Under the pieces are notes generated by a model. That model saw only the letters and a list, made by a program, of their open reading frames with translations, searched no databases and was not told where the DNA came from. The position numbers and the translations under genes are program-made. Of a DNA stretch of 64,000 nt, positions 63,940-64,000 are shown one piece after another (the stretch's first letter is position 1; each line of letters opens with the position of its first letter). Source of the stretch: Macrostomum hystrix (lineage: Eukaryota > Animalia > Platyhelminthes). The stretch lies in assembly GCA_950097015.1 (NCBI GenBank), contig CATNEN010000001.1, positions 18,042,001 through 18,106,000 on the forward strand, given 5' to 3'.

Positions 63940-64000
63940 ATATGGATAGATTGTACTTTAAGATACGAGTAGATAAGAGCACGAGGGCGTACAAATATTA

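Larger units (their letters stand above)
60340..63973 (-). mobile_element. Helitron 5' portion (charged N-terminal repeats, OTU, Rep/HUH; helicase absent)
   Basis: Candidate A|TC 5' end at ~63973 followed by (CAGT)n; exon 63859..63459 with ETAESREQRL-type repeats; Rep motifs downstream. Confidence 0.8.

Overview
Repeat-rich eukaryotic (animal) genomic DNA with GT-AG introns, many minisatellites and nested transposons. The style is reminiscent of a flatworm such as Macrostomum, but that is an inference only. The first ~21 kb holds host genes: the 3' part of a PTPN23/HD-PTP-like gene, tRNA-Gly(GCC), a calmodulin-like gene, two near-identical copies of a small secreted protein gene and an unknown gene. 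A tRNA-derived SINE and a mariner derivative lie among them. From 21-32 kb there is a DNA-transposon graveyard (piggyBac, Tc1/IS630-like, hAT MITE and hAT remnant). From 32.6-55 kb there is a nest of one Ty3/gypsy family with ~2.2-2.3 kb LTRs. Element A encodes a Gag-like domain fused to RT-RNaseH-IN with no protease. A solo LTR is inserted in A's 5' LTR, and a young element B (apparently identical LTRs, CAGG TSD) is inserted in A's 3' region. B encodes Gag-protease plus an orphan ORF but no RT/RH/IN. A and B are therefore complementary in gene content, share cis-elements, and both carry a homologous antisense, spliced exon for a small membrane protein (LxGPIG + hydrophobic segment). This is a candidate bipartite, trans-complementing LTR retrotransposon system. 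The last 7 kb contains an orphan ORF, a tyrosine-recombinase (DIRS/Ngaro-like) fragment and the 5' part of an intron-containing Helitron with an OTU protease domain. All coordinates were read by eye; no searches were run.
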